Shown: one piece after another, positions 29,401-37,131 of the stretch
How positions within the stretch are numbered: position 1 is the stretch's first letter
Layout of the letters: each line of letters opens with the position of its first letter
Made by a program: the position numbers and the translations under genes
Virus record (IMG/VR): IMGVR_UViG_3300048587_000154
Span: 1 to 61,913 of that record
Length of the DNA: 61,913 nt
Origin: a virus
Taxonomy: Duplodnaviria; Caudoviricetes
Reading direction: 5' to 3' (one strand)
The notes under the pieces: generated by a model
Seen by the model: the letters and a program-made list of their open reading frames with translations, nothing else
What the model was told of the DNA's origin: nothing
Databases searched by the model: none

Positions 29401-30010
29401 GCGCATGATCGACCTTCTTCATCAGCGTCCGCGTATCGATAGTAACCCTGGCTCGACCGGCTCTCTTGTTGCCGCTCACCCGCGCGCGGTTGGCGATGTC
29501 CACTGTCCACAGGTGATCGCCGCTGCACACGATGCTCTCACCCTTGTCGAAGGTCACGCGGTAGCAGTCGGCGTCGGTGAAGATCGGCGTTTGGGCCACA
29601 ATGCGGGTTGGCTTCCCGTCGGGGCCGAACACCTCATCGCCAACCTTGAGGTCGCCGAAAGGTCGCCATCCGAGCGGTGTTATCGTCGGTGTTTCAAGAC
29701 ATTCGGCTTTGTAATGGTAGCGCGCCCATAGGTCCAAGTGGCCGTCGGGATCGCCCTCGACCTCGCGGCAGCGATCGTAGAGCCATGGGTGGAAGGCGTC
29801 TGTGCGCGCCAAGATGTTTGTCAGCAGGAAATATCGATCGACCGCGCCGAGGTAGGCGATATCCCCGATCGCGCCCACCTCGGCAATTTGTGTGTAGAAG
29901 TCCACGGCCTCCATGAAATCCATGGCGTGCAGTTCGCCAATCTCGGCATAGCGCACAAGATCGGGGCTGGCGGATGCACGGTACAGGGTGCCTTGGTACT
30001 TCTCGAACAT
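26492..30010 (-). CDS. terL: Terminase large subunit with two inteins (1,172-aa precursor, about 566 aa spliced)
   Basis: After removing inteins: P-loop WARYHYK/ST, Walker B YDD, GTRY; nuclease DPS..SD.TA and DDLVDA. Start placed at MFEKY. Confidence 0.9.
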   Translation of the reverse strand: MFEKYQGTLYRASASPDLVRYAEIGELHAMDFMEAVDFYTQIAEVGAIGDIAYLGAVDRYFLLTNILARTDAFHPWLYDRCREVEGDPDGHLDLWARYHYKAECLETPTITPLGWRPFGDLKVGDEVFGPDGKPTRIVAQTPIFTDADCYRVTFDKGESIVCSGDHLWTVDIANRARVSGNKRAGRARVTIDTRTLMKKVDHARLIKGAVWPSVPVAAALDFGASSSPLPLHPYVLGAWLGDGARGAAAIANDPFDNAIIERIEALGHRTRRRRGRGIAVGIYGLAALLREAGTFTNKHIPGPYQCASIEDRWELLRGLMDTDGHCDGRGTATFCNATERLANDVFDLAAGLGLKPSIRRPVGQYKGDDYPYYQVSFQVQADGPAVFHLPRKQARASNAKRTRSGRHAIISVEPVASVPVRCIQVARTDGLYLTGRQHITTHNSTIITLAGCVQEIINDPEITIGIFAHTAAIAKKFVAQIRREFETSEMRMIYPDICWMKPKGEAPIWSEQAFTIRRKGNPKEATVEGWGVVDGQPTSKHFALRNYDDMVTRESVTTPEQVAKTTSSYELSTNLGTAEGREWMVGTRYCTRGDQRILMGDWSHKPIADVRIGDTVVGWELRDGKRWLRPAKVVNRGVHFCQAVNRYHLDNGRSVVCTDDHKWWRGPHGGGPEYAPLGLSAHVRKDRAFLNKKCDGRLIALRELVDPIEEDQGRDAGWLAGFFDGEGSIKKNKHHPSGAVTITQTMAHPELINETRRVLSELGFEWSEAWHKPSAKHWNDRCVFLINGGWRERYRFLAQIAPARFEKLAQTLYGQLTTRRIKLSKVEAAGVADVHWLETETGNYVVEGFCSSNSFADTYGDLIGRGIVKPRLYPATHNGKLDGKPVMMTQAQWDKAKVKQLSTVNAQMLQNPLGGTAKTFHAEWMKPWFVRPAALNVYILADPSRGRTAKSDNTAIAVIGVDAQGNKYFLDGARHRMKLSQRWDQLKHYHKKWSKMPGVMLVKVGYERFGQQSDDEYFQERMRAEKYNFAIHELAWPREGGNSKRDRVERLQPDVQYSTFFFPGLVYANGKTCLWEPDIEKGYMSFTPLDGELKVQKMAKDRGQEYLNAKPLMRKDELDKVYDLTRALMEEMLYFPFGTRDDLVDATSRIYDIEALPASTNDEVPETPATVD
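27452..28243 (-). mobile_element. Intein 2 in TerL (264 aa, Cys1, one LAGLIDADG motif)
   Basis: GTRY|CTRGDQ...CTDDHKW...LAGFFDGEG...NYVVEGFCSSN|SFADTY. Confidence 0.85.
28682..29707 (-). mobile_element. Intein 1 in the TerL P-loop (342 aa, class-3 type, LAGLIDADG endonuclease)
   Basis: HYK|AECLETP..TP.GW...DHLW...LGAWLGDG...LRGLMDTDG...VRCIQV...ITTHN|ST. Confidence 0.92.
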
Positions 30011-30020
30011 CGCGTCGCGT

Positions 30021-30998
30021 TTACACGATGTGCGGCGGCGACGACATGATCGCAAAGATGCGGTGGATCGCCATATCCACCTGCTCAAGCCCCTTCTGGC
30101 CGGCATACCAGTCTTTGTTCGACAATACCCAGCCGCACAGTTCGGAAATGGCAATGCGTGCCGCTGCGAGATTGCCCAGCATGTGGATATTGCGCAGATC
30201 GCGCTCCTTCTCCGACCAGTAGCCGATCGCTTCCGCCTTGCCGTCGCCGGTCTCCTCCTTCATGCGCTTTTCGAAATCCTTGGCGCTGCGCTTCATCACT
30301 TCCTCACGGAGTGCGGCGGCTGCACCGTCCTCTGCGGCTTGGGTCTTGGGGCTGTCGATCCTCCCCGCCATGAGCGCAAGAATGTCAGCGAGCGCTGTGA
30401 ATGCTTCATCCGGGTCCGGGTCTGCCCCAACCTTTGACTTGGCTTGGAACTCCATCAGGACCGCCAGCGCGGATGACAAGGCCGCGTCGAGTTCATCCCT
30501 GATGTGCCTCTTGCTGGCCTGGCGGTTGTCACGATCCATCTGCACGTCATCGCGACCGCCGTTGAGAACTCGGTTGATGGCTGCGTCGAGGTCGTTGAGG
30601 CATTCTTCGTCAAGGTCGGGCACACCCTCGCCAAGCGAGACTTTGATGGTGATGCAGCCGGGCGGCACCTCGATGTCGTCCCACGCCTGCTCGTAGTGCG
30701 CCCGCTTGCCGTCGTCGGTATCGGCGATGGCCTCGTTGTGGGCGTCGATCGCCTCGCTTATGGCCTTGGCGAAGCCGGGGAACAATGCGCCCGTGCTGGC
30801 CGCACCGCCGCCGCCATCCATGGTGTTTGGGGCGGCGCTCATCACGACGATGCCGTTCTTGATGTAGCTCTCAAGCTGCGTCGCCTGCGCGATGATGTCG
30901 GCGGTCTGCATGCCGTATCCGTGAGCGTCCAAAAGCTGCCCGATCAGTTGCGCCCGGATCGCGACCGCTTCATTCGCCTTTTCGTATTTCTTGCCCAT
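30021..30998 (-). CDS. Hypothetical protein (325 aa)
   Basis: AGGAG RBS; long ORF with typical codon bias. Confidence 0.75.
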   Translation of the reverse strand: MGKKYEKANEAVAIRAQLIGQLLDAHGYGMQTADIIAQATQLESYIKNGIVVMSAAPNTMDGGGGAASTGALFPGFAKAISEAIDAHNEAIADTDDGKRAHYEQAWDDIEVPPGCITIKVSLGEGVPDLDEECLNDLDAAINRVLNGGRDDVQMDRDNRQASKRHIRDELDAALSSALAVLMEFQAKSKVGADPDPDEAFTALADILALMAGRIDSPKTQAAEDGAAAALREEVMKRSAKDFEKRMKEETGDGKAEAIGYWSEKERDLRNIHMLGNLAAARIAISELCGWVLSNKDWYAGQKGLEQVDMAIHRIFAIMSSPPHIV

Positions 30999-31010
30999 TT
31001 CGTATTTCTC

Positions 31011-31235
31011 CTAGTGTGTTTGCCCATTTCGTATTGCTATGCCAGTGTCGCGCCACGCCTGCGACGGTGCGGTGCGGTAGGGCGACGGCTGGGTGGTAAA
31101 GTCAAGCTCGCGCTCCCATGCCCTCGCCCGGTTCACCCGGCGCAGCGCTTCGGCCTCATGAATGCGGAGACGCGCCGCAATCTCAAGGGTATCGTGCCCC
31201 GCTTTGAACAGGGTGTAGGCGTCCTTCTCTTTCAT
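31011..31235 (-). CDS. Small HTH protein
   Basis: LF..G.DT.EIA..L.I.EA pattern. Confidence 0.6.
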   Translation of the reverse strand: MKEKDAYTLFKAGHDTLEIAARLRIHEAEALRRVNRARAWERELDFTTQPSPYRTAPSQAWRDTGIAIRNGQTH

Positions 31236-31327
31236 TTGCGATGCCTTTCGATCAACTCGAACACCAGCACGACGGCAAAGAAGGCCAGCCAGATTGTCAC
31301 GTCGATCAGTGATATCGATTGTTCCAC
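31232..31327 (-). CDS. 31-aa membrane peptide
   Basis: GTG start with GGAG RBS, one hydrophobic helix (IWLAFFAVVLVF), ATGA overlap. Confidence 0.45.
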   Translation of the reverse strand: MEQSISLIDVTIWLAFFAVVLVFELIERHRK

Positions 31328-31363
31328 GCCGTCGCTCCGGTGTCCGCTTATTTTCGTATTCGT

Positions 31364-31392
31364 ATTGCCGCTATCTGTCCAGCGCGGTAAAT
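31364..31392 (+). promoter_or_regulatory. Putative sigma70 promoter of the brnA-like gene, flanked by three TTCGTATT motifs
   Basis: ATTGCC-N17-GTAAAT; motif copies at 31353, 31359 and 31401. Confidence 0.45.
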
Positions 31393-31428
31393 GCTTCCAA
31401 TTCGTATTGCTGCCATGGAGCGAAGGAT

Positions 31429-31734
31429 ATGGCCATCAAGATCGCCTCTACGGTCGATGAGACCGCCGCTAAGCCCGTCAAGCGGGCGCGCCGTGCGCCA
31501 CAGGCCTCAAAATCAAAGCTCGCAAAGCTGCAAAAACCGGCAGAAACGCCCGTTGCGGCCAAAACGCAATCGGAAGCCCCAGCCGAAAAGCATGGGCGCG
31601 GCAGGCCAGCGACCGGCAAAATCATCGTCACGCTGCGCCTCGATCCCGATGTGGTGGAGGCCTTGAAGGCGGGTGGTGCGGGCTGGCAGCCGCGCGCCAA
31701 TGCTCATCTGCGCAAGGCGCTGGGCCTCAATTGA
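31429..31734 (+). CDS. brnA: BrnA-family ribbon-helix-helix antitoxin-like protein (orphan)
   Basis: GRP...K..VTLRLDPDVVE..KA.G.GWQ.R.N..LR signature; inverted relative to neighbours. Confidence 0.85.
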   Translation: MAIKIASTVDETAAKPVKRARRAPQASKSKLAKLQKPAETPVAAKTQSEAPAEKHGRGRPATGKIIVTLRLDPDVVEALKAGGAGWQPRANAHLRKALGLN

Positions 31735-32008
31735 GCTTGCCATCCTTGGCCCGCATCGCCTCGATATAGGCTGCTGCCTTCCCGGCAGCGTGCAGGCTCA
31801 ACGTCTTGATGTTCGTCAAGACGGCCTCCTGATCGTGATGACCTCCCGCCAGATTGACGGCGAACATGCCGAGCAGATCGGACATGGCGCTTATGCTGAT
31901 CGCCACGTCCTGCCCATTGAAATGCTGCATCATTTCGTTCGCCAGCTTGAATGACGCCTGGCGCTCCTCCGGCGTGTTGTCGAGCCTGTACTTCCTTGCG
32001 TCGCTCAT
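31727..32008 (-). CDS. Hypothetical protein (93 aa)
   Basis: ATGA overlap with the upstream gene. Confidence 0.6.
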   Translation of the reverse strand: MSDARKYRLDNTPEERQASFKLANEMMQHFNGQDVAISISAMSDLLGMFAVNLAGGHHDQEAVLTNIKTLSLHAAGKAAAYIEAMRAKDGKLN

Positions 32009-32235
32009 CCTGCCAATCCCAATGCTTCGGCCTTCCACTCCATGAGGCGGAAGGTGTGCCGGGTGCCGTTCCGTCCGATCGTCAGACTGTCCAGCTTCAA
32101 ATCATCTGCCGCATGGATCAGGGAGCGCGGGATCGAAGTCTCGCCCGGCCCGTGTGGGCGCTCGATGAAAATCGAATTGGCACGGACTCCGGTCACGCAA
32201 GCCGTGACAGTCCGGTATTCGTCGGTGTTTTGCAT
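32005..32235 (-). CDS. Hypothetical protein (76 aa)
   Basis: GAGGA RBS; IPRS.I..M.EWKA...GL motif seen in small phage proteins. Confidence 0.65.
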   Translation of the reverse strand: MQNTDEYRTVTACVTGVRANSIFIERPHGPGETSIPRSLIHAADDLKLDSLTIGRNGTRHTFRLMEWKAEALGLAG

Positions 32236-32415
32236 GGTTTTCCTCGTTGGACTGCTGTGGTTTGGCGCTTGCAGGGCATCGTGCATTCTCAAAATGTATC
32301 ATTTTTGTGTTGACGGTCGTTGGTGCTTGGTTGATTGCTGGTGTTGCGCTTCCTGTTTACGGGGAGCCAAAACCTGCGGGTAGCGCGCATGGTGAGGAGG
32401 GGTGGTGCGATCTTG

Positions 32416-32613
32416 TCAATCGCGCTGCCCCTCTTTCTGTTGCTGGGCTTTCTGGCGAACCTTGTCAGCGAAGTAGCGGCCTTTGACCACCTCGTACCAG
32501 TCGTGGAACGCGCCGGCGCGGCACCGTGAGCATGGGCGCAGTTCGAAGTCTGCGGAGAGGACGGTGCCCTTTCCGCCACATGCCGCGCATGTTTTCGTAT
32601 TGCTGTCCGTCAT
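32416..32613 (-). CDS. Small Zn-finger protein (65 aa)
   Basis: CxxCGGKG...CxxC; ATGA overlap. Confidence 0.6.
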   Translation of the reverse strand: MTDSNTKTCAACGGKGTVLSADFELRPCSRCRAGAFHDWYEVVKGRYFADKVRQKAQQQKEGQRD

Positions 32614-32837
32614 TTCGTATTTCTCTTGATGGCGTTGCCGCTGGTGATGGTGCGGTGGCCGTCCTCGAACTCCAACAGGATCGAGTTGAAGTTCTTGGGC
32701 GCTGGCGGGGTGCCGACGATGGCAATGCCCGGATCGACCGGCTGCGCCGGCATGCGGCGACTGCGGGCGAGGACTCGGCACGCCTGGCCTTTGCGGTCGC
32801 CTTCGTTCCAGCGGTAGACGTAGCGAAAATCAGTCAT
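32610..32837 (-). CDS. Hypothetical protein (75 aa)
   Basis: Overlaps both neighbours; RKGQ.CRVLAR..NS.L.EFEDG motif. Confidence 0.6.
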   Translation of the reverse strand: MTDFRYVYRWNEGDRKGQACRVLARSRRMPAQPVDPGIAIVGTPPAPKNFNSILLEFEDGHRTITSGNAIKRNTK

Positions 32838-33363
32838 CGGCCTTGTTTGCGATCTTGCGCAACTCCTCGACCTGTTCGAGCGTGACGCGGGGAATGGCGG
32901 CAAAAGCCTCCCTAGCGCGCGCCGTGGCTGCTCTCTCCTCTGCCAAAAACACAAGAAAGGCCTCATGTGCGGCGTGCGCCTCCGGCGTATCCGGCATCAG
33001 TTCTTTCAGTTCGGCGTCTCGACGCGAAGCGCGTGAGGAGCCGGGGCGCTGGGCGACCACGGCTACAACGTGATCGATCGATACGACTTCGTTGCTGTGG
33101 TACTTCTTGTTCTCGACCTTCTTCACATACTCCACGATCTGCGCTTCGGTCTTGGACTGGGAAAAGGTGGATGAGTGGGCTTTCCCTATCTCGAAGCACT
33201 TGACGGCGCTGGCCTTGCGCACGGCCAGCAACATCGTGTCGATCCGGGCGCGTACCTTCGCCAACGATGGCGAGGTGTAATAATTGCCAACGTCGGCGCA
33301 ATACCATTCGTCCGCGTTCTCGTTGAACGTGATCTTGTATCCCCGATGATCGACCTCAATCAT
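32830..33363 (-). CDS. Hypothetical protein (177 aa)
   Basis: ATGA overlap; typical codon use. Confidence 0.65.
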   Translation of the reverse strand: MIEVDHRGYKITFNENADEWYCADVGNYYTSPSLAKVRARIDTMLLAVRKASAVKCFEIGKAHSSTFSQSKTEAQIVEYVKKVENKKYHSNEVVSIDHVVAVVAQRPGSSRASRRDAELKELMPDTPEAHAAHEAFLVFLAEERAATARAREAFAAIPRVTLEQVEELRKIANKADD

Positions 33364-33590
33364 GACTTCCACCTCAAATAGCGCTTCGTTGACTTGTCGT
33401 ATGTGCATCGGTTCGGAAACCGATCCTGATACTTGGTGAGGTCCAGCGATGCCTGCGGCATGCTTATCTCGAACTTGCGAATGATGTGGTCGCGGTTGAT
33501 GAAGCCGTAGATATCCAGCATTTCATCGATCCACATCAGGCGGCGGCGCTGAAACCATGGAAGATCGGCTATGCGCTCCGCGTCCGTCAT
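33360..33590 (-). CDS. Stand-alone CapW-like winged-helix protein (no WYL domain)
   Basis: RL.WI...L...G.INR..I...F.IS.PQAS.DL..Y.......YDKS.KRY matches my recollection of the CapW N-terminal wHTH. Confidence 0.75.
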   Translation of the reverse strand: MTDAERIADLPWFQRRRLMWIDEMLDIYGFINRDHIIRKFEISMPQASLDLTKYQDRFPNRCTYDKSTKRYLRWKS

Positions 33591-33790
33591 GACCGCGCCT
33601 GCTTGCGAAGCATGTAGCCCGACCCCTTGCCGGGACCGGACAGGATGCGCCAGCCTTCATCCTTCAACGCGCGCACGTCGCGGTAGACCGTGCGAACACA
33701 CACGCCCGTCTTGGCCGCTATCGTCTCGCTGCCTACCATCGTGCCTGCGATCATCAGGATGATGGTCCTGTGCCGTTCTTCTCGCGTCAT
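33587..33790 (-). CDS. Stand-alone HTH_11 (YafY/PafB-type) winged-helix protein
   Basis: IA...GV..RTVYRDV.AL...G..I....G.G.GY.L; GGAGG RBS. Confidence 0.8.
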   Translation of the reverse strand: MTREERHRTIILMIAGTMVGSETIAAKTGVCVRTVYRDVRALKDEGWRILSGPGKGSGYMLRKQARS

Positions 33791-34374
33791 GCCTTTGCCT
33801 CCTGCATGGTGGATGGATCGGCCAGGCGGTCGATATACGTGCCCTTGTCGTGGCCGGGAATGGGCGCGTCGAGGGAAAGCGTGGACCATGTGTCCATCAG
33901 CTTGTTGAAGCGCCTGTAGGCGTCCTTCACCAGCTTATCCATGTCTCCCAGCTTCGCGCGGCCTTCGAGGATATCGAGGCAGATCATGCCGGCGATGTCG
34001 TCACGCAATGATTTCTGCCAGCCGCGCGGGATCGCCTTCACGATGTCGCGGTATATCGCGTCCGGGTTCATGGCGATGGCGCTCTTGACTTTCAGCCGGG
34101 CGCAGTAGGCCCGGTTGGCCGCGTTCCGCCTGTCGTTGTTGGCCGTACTCCACGCCTTGTACCAAGCGCGGTAGCGTTCGATCTTCTCCGGTGTTGATCG
34201 GCTGCGCTGATAGGCACGACGGCTCAATTCCTTGAGCTTTTCGGGGTCAAGTTCCTTGAGGCGCTGACGATAGAGGCGACGCCTGAAATTGTGCTTCTCC
34301 TTGGCGCTCATGGCTGCCCATTTCTTGAACGGCACACCGTAGCTGTTTGCGCCGTATGTACCTGCCCGCGCCAT
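33787..34374 (-). CDS. Basic protein with a sigma-factor-like SLDAP C-terminus
   Basis: Arg/Lys/Tyr-rich helices, then LSLDAPI; GAGGT RBS. Confidence 0.6.
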   Translation of the reverse strand: MARAGTYGANSYGVPFKKWAAMSAKEKHNFRRRLYRQRLKELDPEKLKELSRRAYQRSRSTPEKIERYRAWYKAWSTANNDRRNAANRAYCARLKVKSAIAMNPDAIYRDIVKAIPRGWQKSLRDDIAGMICLDILEGRAKLGDMDKLVKDAYRRFNKLMDTWSTLSLDAPIPGHDKGTYIDRLADPSTMQEAKA

Positions 34375-34586
34375 CACGTCACCTCGTCGGATAGAGCGGC
34401 GCGACCGGCTTCGGTGATGGTCCACACAGGTCGGAGAGCGCTCCCTTCTGTCTCGAAGAATTTTAGCACCATGCCGCGCTCAACTAGCCGGCTGACGGAT
34501 CGCTCGTCCGTAATGTCGAATACGCCATTGGGCTGCGAGCTAAGCCAGTCCAGAACCCGCAGCTGTGCCTTCGTCAGCTTCATCAC
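34374..34586 (-). CDS. Small winged-helix-like protein
   Basis: LTKAQ..L...L..RG.V....ITEAGRAAL. Confidence 0.6.
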   Translation of the reverse strand: MMKLTKAQLRVLDWLSSQPNGVFDITDERSVSRLVERGMVLKFFETEGSALRPVWTITEAGRAALSDEVT

Positions 34587-35134
34587 TCACCCCCTTGCTG
34601 TGGAGCGGCGGGGAGATAGTTTGATGGCAGCCAATGCGTCATGCGGCCGTGTATCCAGCCACCCTTGGTTGAGCCATACAGGCCGTATTCGACAACCCAC
34701 TGGTTGCGCGGCCAACTTTCCCAACAACCCATCAGGACTTCGACATCATTCGGCGGTCTGTCATCTTCGGTGATTTCCCGCCACCTGGATACAGACTCGG
34801 ATAGTGCTGCGCGGGCGTCGCGAAAGTCAGCAACCTTGAAATGATGGAAAAGGTGATCTTCGTAGAGAAGGTCGAACTCGTCGGTGTCCGCGAAGCCTTC
34901 CGTCTCGCTATCGAGGTAGTCTGCCATGTCCGCAAATGGTCGCAGCGCCTCGCTCAACCGCGCCTTGTCCGCCTCGGCGGTACGGATACGTTCAAGCAGC
35001 GCGTCCAGTTCGGTCACCCAAAGTTCGGCTTTGCCAACGGTTTTCTTGCGTCGGTCAGAGCGCACCGTGCGCTCATTGCGCTCGAAGATTTCTTTGATTT
35101 GCGCGTTGGTGGCTGCCTCAACCATTTTGGCCAT
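34583..35134 (-). CDS. DUF551-like mosaic protein
   Basis: C-terminal W..I...P...VL...THWLP. Confidence 0.6.
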   Translation of the reverse strand: MAKMVEAATNAQIKEIFERNERTVRSDRRKKTVGKAELWVTELDALLERIRTAEADKARLSEALRPFADMADYLDSETEGFADTDEFDLLYEDHLFHHFKVADFRDARAALSESVSRWREITEDDRPPNDVEVLMGCWESWPRNQWVVEYGLYGSTKGGWIHGRMTHWLPSNYLPAAPQQGGE

Positions 35135-35441
35135 CCTTCGCAGCGAGGGCGGCGCGGGCGGAGTGCGCAGTCTTGAACATACCGCGTGTTAAGACGAATG
35201 GCTTTCCAGCGCCCTCAATGGTGACCATAGGGGTGTCGTCAGGCAAATCGCGAGCGAAAAGCCATTGTCCGATCCATGCAAAAGGCTCAAGGGCAGCATC
35301 CTTCAGCGCCAGATCGGCGTCACGCTCTGCTAGCTGGCGCTCAAGGTCTTCGTAGTCGGAAAAGCGAACCCACGCGCCGCCGGGGGAAACTTCCATTTCA
35401 GGGCCTTCGTAGGCGAATGGCAGTATCCAGCGCTCAACCAT
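35118..35441 (-). CDS. Hypothetical protein
   Basis: G.WVRFSDY and ALEPFA modules; GGAG RBS. Confidence 0.6.
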   Translation of the reverse strand: MVERWILPFAYEGPEMEVSPGGAWVRFSDYEDLERQLAERDADLALKDAALEPFAWIGQWLFARDLPDDTPMVTIEGAGKPFVLTRGMFKTAHSARAALAAKDGQNG

Positions 35442-35697
35442 TGCGGCTTTCTCCCTGTGCGAGAGCAGCTTCTAGACCGGCTAGGACTTCGCAAAGGGCC
35501 TGCCTTGAAACTCCGACCATTACGCCATCTATATCGAGTTGCGTCTGGTGGTGGTTAAGATCATCGATTGCCCCTTTATAGATGCCGTCAATGTGGGCAA
35601 GCCTAGCCTCAAGTCGTTCGATAACGGCTCCGCGCCTGTCCATTTCGGCGGCGATTTCATCAATGCTGGTGGGGCGTGTAGTGTGGGTAACGCTCAT
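35434..35697 (-). CDS. Hypothetical protein (87 aa)
   Basis: Packed in the operon. Confidence 0.6.
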   Translation of the reverse strand: MSVTHTTRPTSIDEIAAEMDRRGAVIERLEARLAHIDGIYKGAIDDLNHHQTQLDIDGVMVGVSRQALCEVLAGLEAALAQGESRNG

Positions 35698-35699
35698 GG

Positions 35700-36929
35700 T
35701 TATTCGGCTCCTGTTGGACCGTCAAAGCCGTCAGGTCGCAAATCGGAAAGAACGGGTGCAACCAGCGGAGCGGGAAGCGGCATCCATCCGTAGCAAGAAT
35801 GCAGGGACGGCTTGCCTGTATCGACCCACGTCCAGACTTGCTCGCCGGTATCTTCGTCGCGAAGCATGATCGCCTCACATACCCAACCCCCGGCAGTAGC
35901 GAGGATAACGCGACAATCTTCCGGTGCGGTATCGATGGACCGCCAGCCGTTCCAGTTCGGCAGCGCCTCCACCACCGTCTCATCGTCCTTGACGGCTGGC
36001 TTCGTGGCGAGGGCGCGTTCGCGAAGGAATGTGTCTATGCTGGATTGGCGGGGAAACCGGCCAATCTTCATGTCGTGCGCTATGTGATCTCGCGACGATA
36101 CGCCAGCAGGATACTTCGTCACGTCGCTCGACGTTGCACTTGCAAGCGCGTCTCGCAGGTTCGGCATGTCTTCGCCGATACCTTCAAATGAATACCCGGC
36201 CTGTAGCTTGCTTAAGAATGCCGACATATGTTCGATATGGTCGATTGCAGTACGCAAAGCGCCGACTAGGCGATCTTTCGTGTCGAAACTTATGCAATTC
36301 GCCGGTTCGGCGTCCGCCTCCACCACCCGCTCGGCTGGCGGGGTGGCCCGCTGGGCGGCAAGGGCGGCGACGTGATCGGAATACCGCACCCATTCTCCAT
36401 CTGGAGTCGGCTTTAGCCCGCAACCGTCAAGCGCCCACATGATGGCCGAAGTGCTGAACCTTTTCACAGGATCATTGCTGACGCGGCTGACGCTGATAAA
36501 TCCATCGCGGAGTATCTTTATGGCCTCACGAAGCTTGGCGCGACCGTTGCCGACGTTGTTGTACGCGAGCGCGGTGTGCAACTCACCCAACAGGCTGATG
36601 ACGCTATCGATGACGGCGGGTGCGGGCTTCTCCGAAGGCTCATTTGCTGGAGCGTCTGGCGCTGGCTTGCCGATCGCGTACACGGCGCGGATTTCCTGCC
36701 CTTGATTGCGGTAATAGTCGCGATCTTCATCGCGTACCGTCAGCCATCCTTCCGTCGGGTGCTTGCGCTGATATCCGATCGGCTGCGCGGTCGCCTGCGC
36801 GTCCAGAAGCCCAATGGCCCGGTCCATTGCCTCAACCTGATCGTCGGCATCAGGTATGCGGCCATTGCGAATGGCGTTCCTGATGGCGCGGAGCGTGTTT
36901 GTGGTGGCGTTGAGGGATGGAGTGGGCAT
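35700..36929 (-). CDS. Mosaic accessory protein with DUF551-like C-terminus (409 aa)
   Basis: AAGGA RBS before MPTPSL; W.SIDTAP...WMPLP.P at the end. Confidence 0.65.
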   Translation of the reverse strand: MPTPSLNATTNTLRAIRNAIRNGRIPDADDQVEAMDRAIGLLDAQATAQPIGYQRKHPTEGWLTVRDEDRDYYRNQGQEIRAVYAIGKPAPDAPANEPSEKPAPAVIDSVISLLGELHTALAYNNVGNGRAKLREAIKILRDGFISVSRVSNDPVKRFSTSAIMWALDGCGLKPTPDGEWVRYSDHVAALAAQRATPPAERVVEADAEPANCISFDTKDRLVGALRTAIDHIEHMSAFLSKLQAGYSFEGIGEDMPNLRDALASATSSDVTKYPAGVSSRDHIAHDMKIGRFPRQSSIDTFLRERALATKPAVKDDETVVEALPNWNGWRSIDTAPEDCRVILATAGGWVCEAIMLRDEDTGEQVWTWVDTGKPSLHSCYGWMPLPAPLVAPVLSDLRPDGFDGPTGAE

Positions 36930-36930
36930 G

Positions 36931-37122
36931 TCATGCGTCCTTTGTCTCGATGCACTGGAAGGCGGTCGCCCGGCAGCAAGCGAAGCAGTAGTAATCGGGA
37001 TCGTCCATGTCGCCGTCGTCGTCATCTTCGTCCGACCAGCAATCCGGTTCGTCGCAGCCGTCACAGCCGCACCCGTAGAACTCATCCGATCCACAGCACA
37101 CGTTGCCGCAAGCGTTGCACAT
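36931..37122 (-). CDS. Cys/Asp-rich 63-aa protein
   Basis: AGGAGG RBS; 12 Cys. Confidence 0.7.
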   Translation of the reverse strand: MCNACGNVCCGSDEFYGCGCDGCDEPDCWSDEDDDDGDMDDPDYYCFACCRATAFQCIETKDA

Positions 37123-37131
37123 GGTCGCCTC

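Noticed and set aside
30011-30154. N-terminal extension of TerL in the ORF track
   Set aside because: It overlaps the upstream gene and is Arg/Cys-rich noise; MFEKY at 30010 fits the gene packing.
30991-31035. 16-bp direct repeat ttgcccatttcgtatt as a mini-CRISPR or att site
   Set aside because: Two copies only 13 bp apart, no cas or integrase; part of the TTCGTATT motif family.
32291-32419. AAAATG-TAT-CATTTT palindrome and TTGACA/TTGACG hexamers
   Set aside because: No well-spaced -10 element and no second copy noticed; too weak to call.
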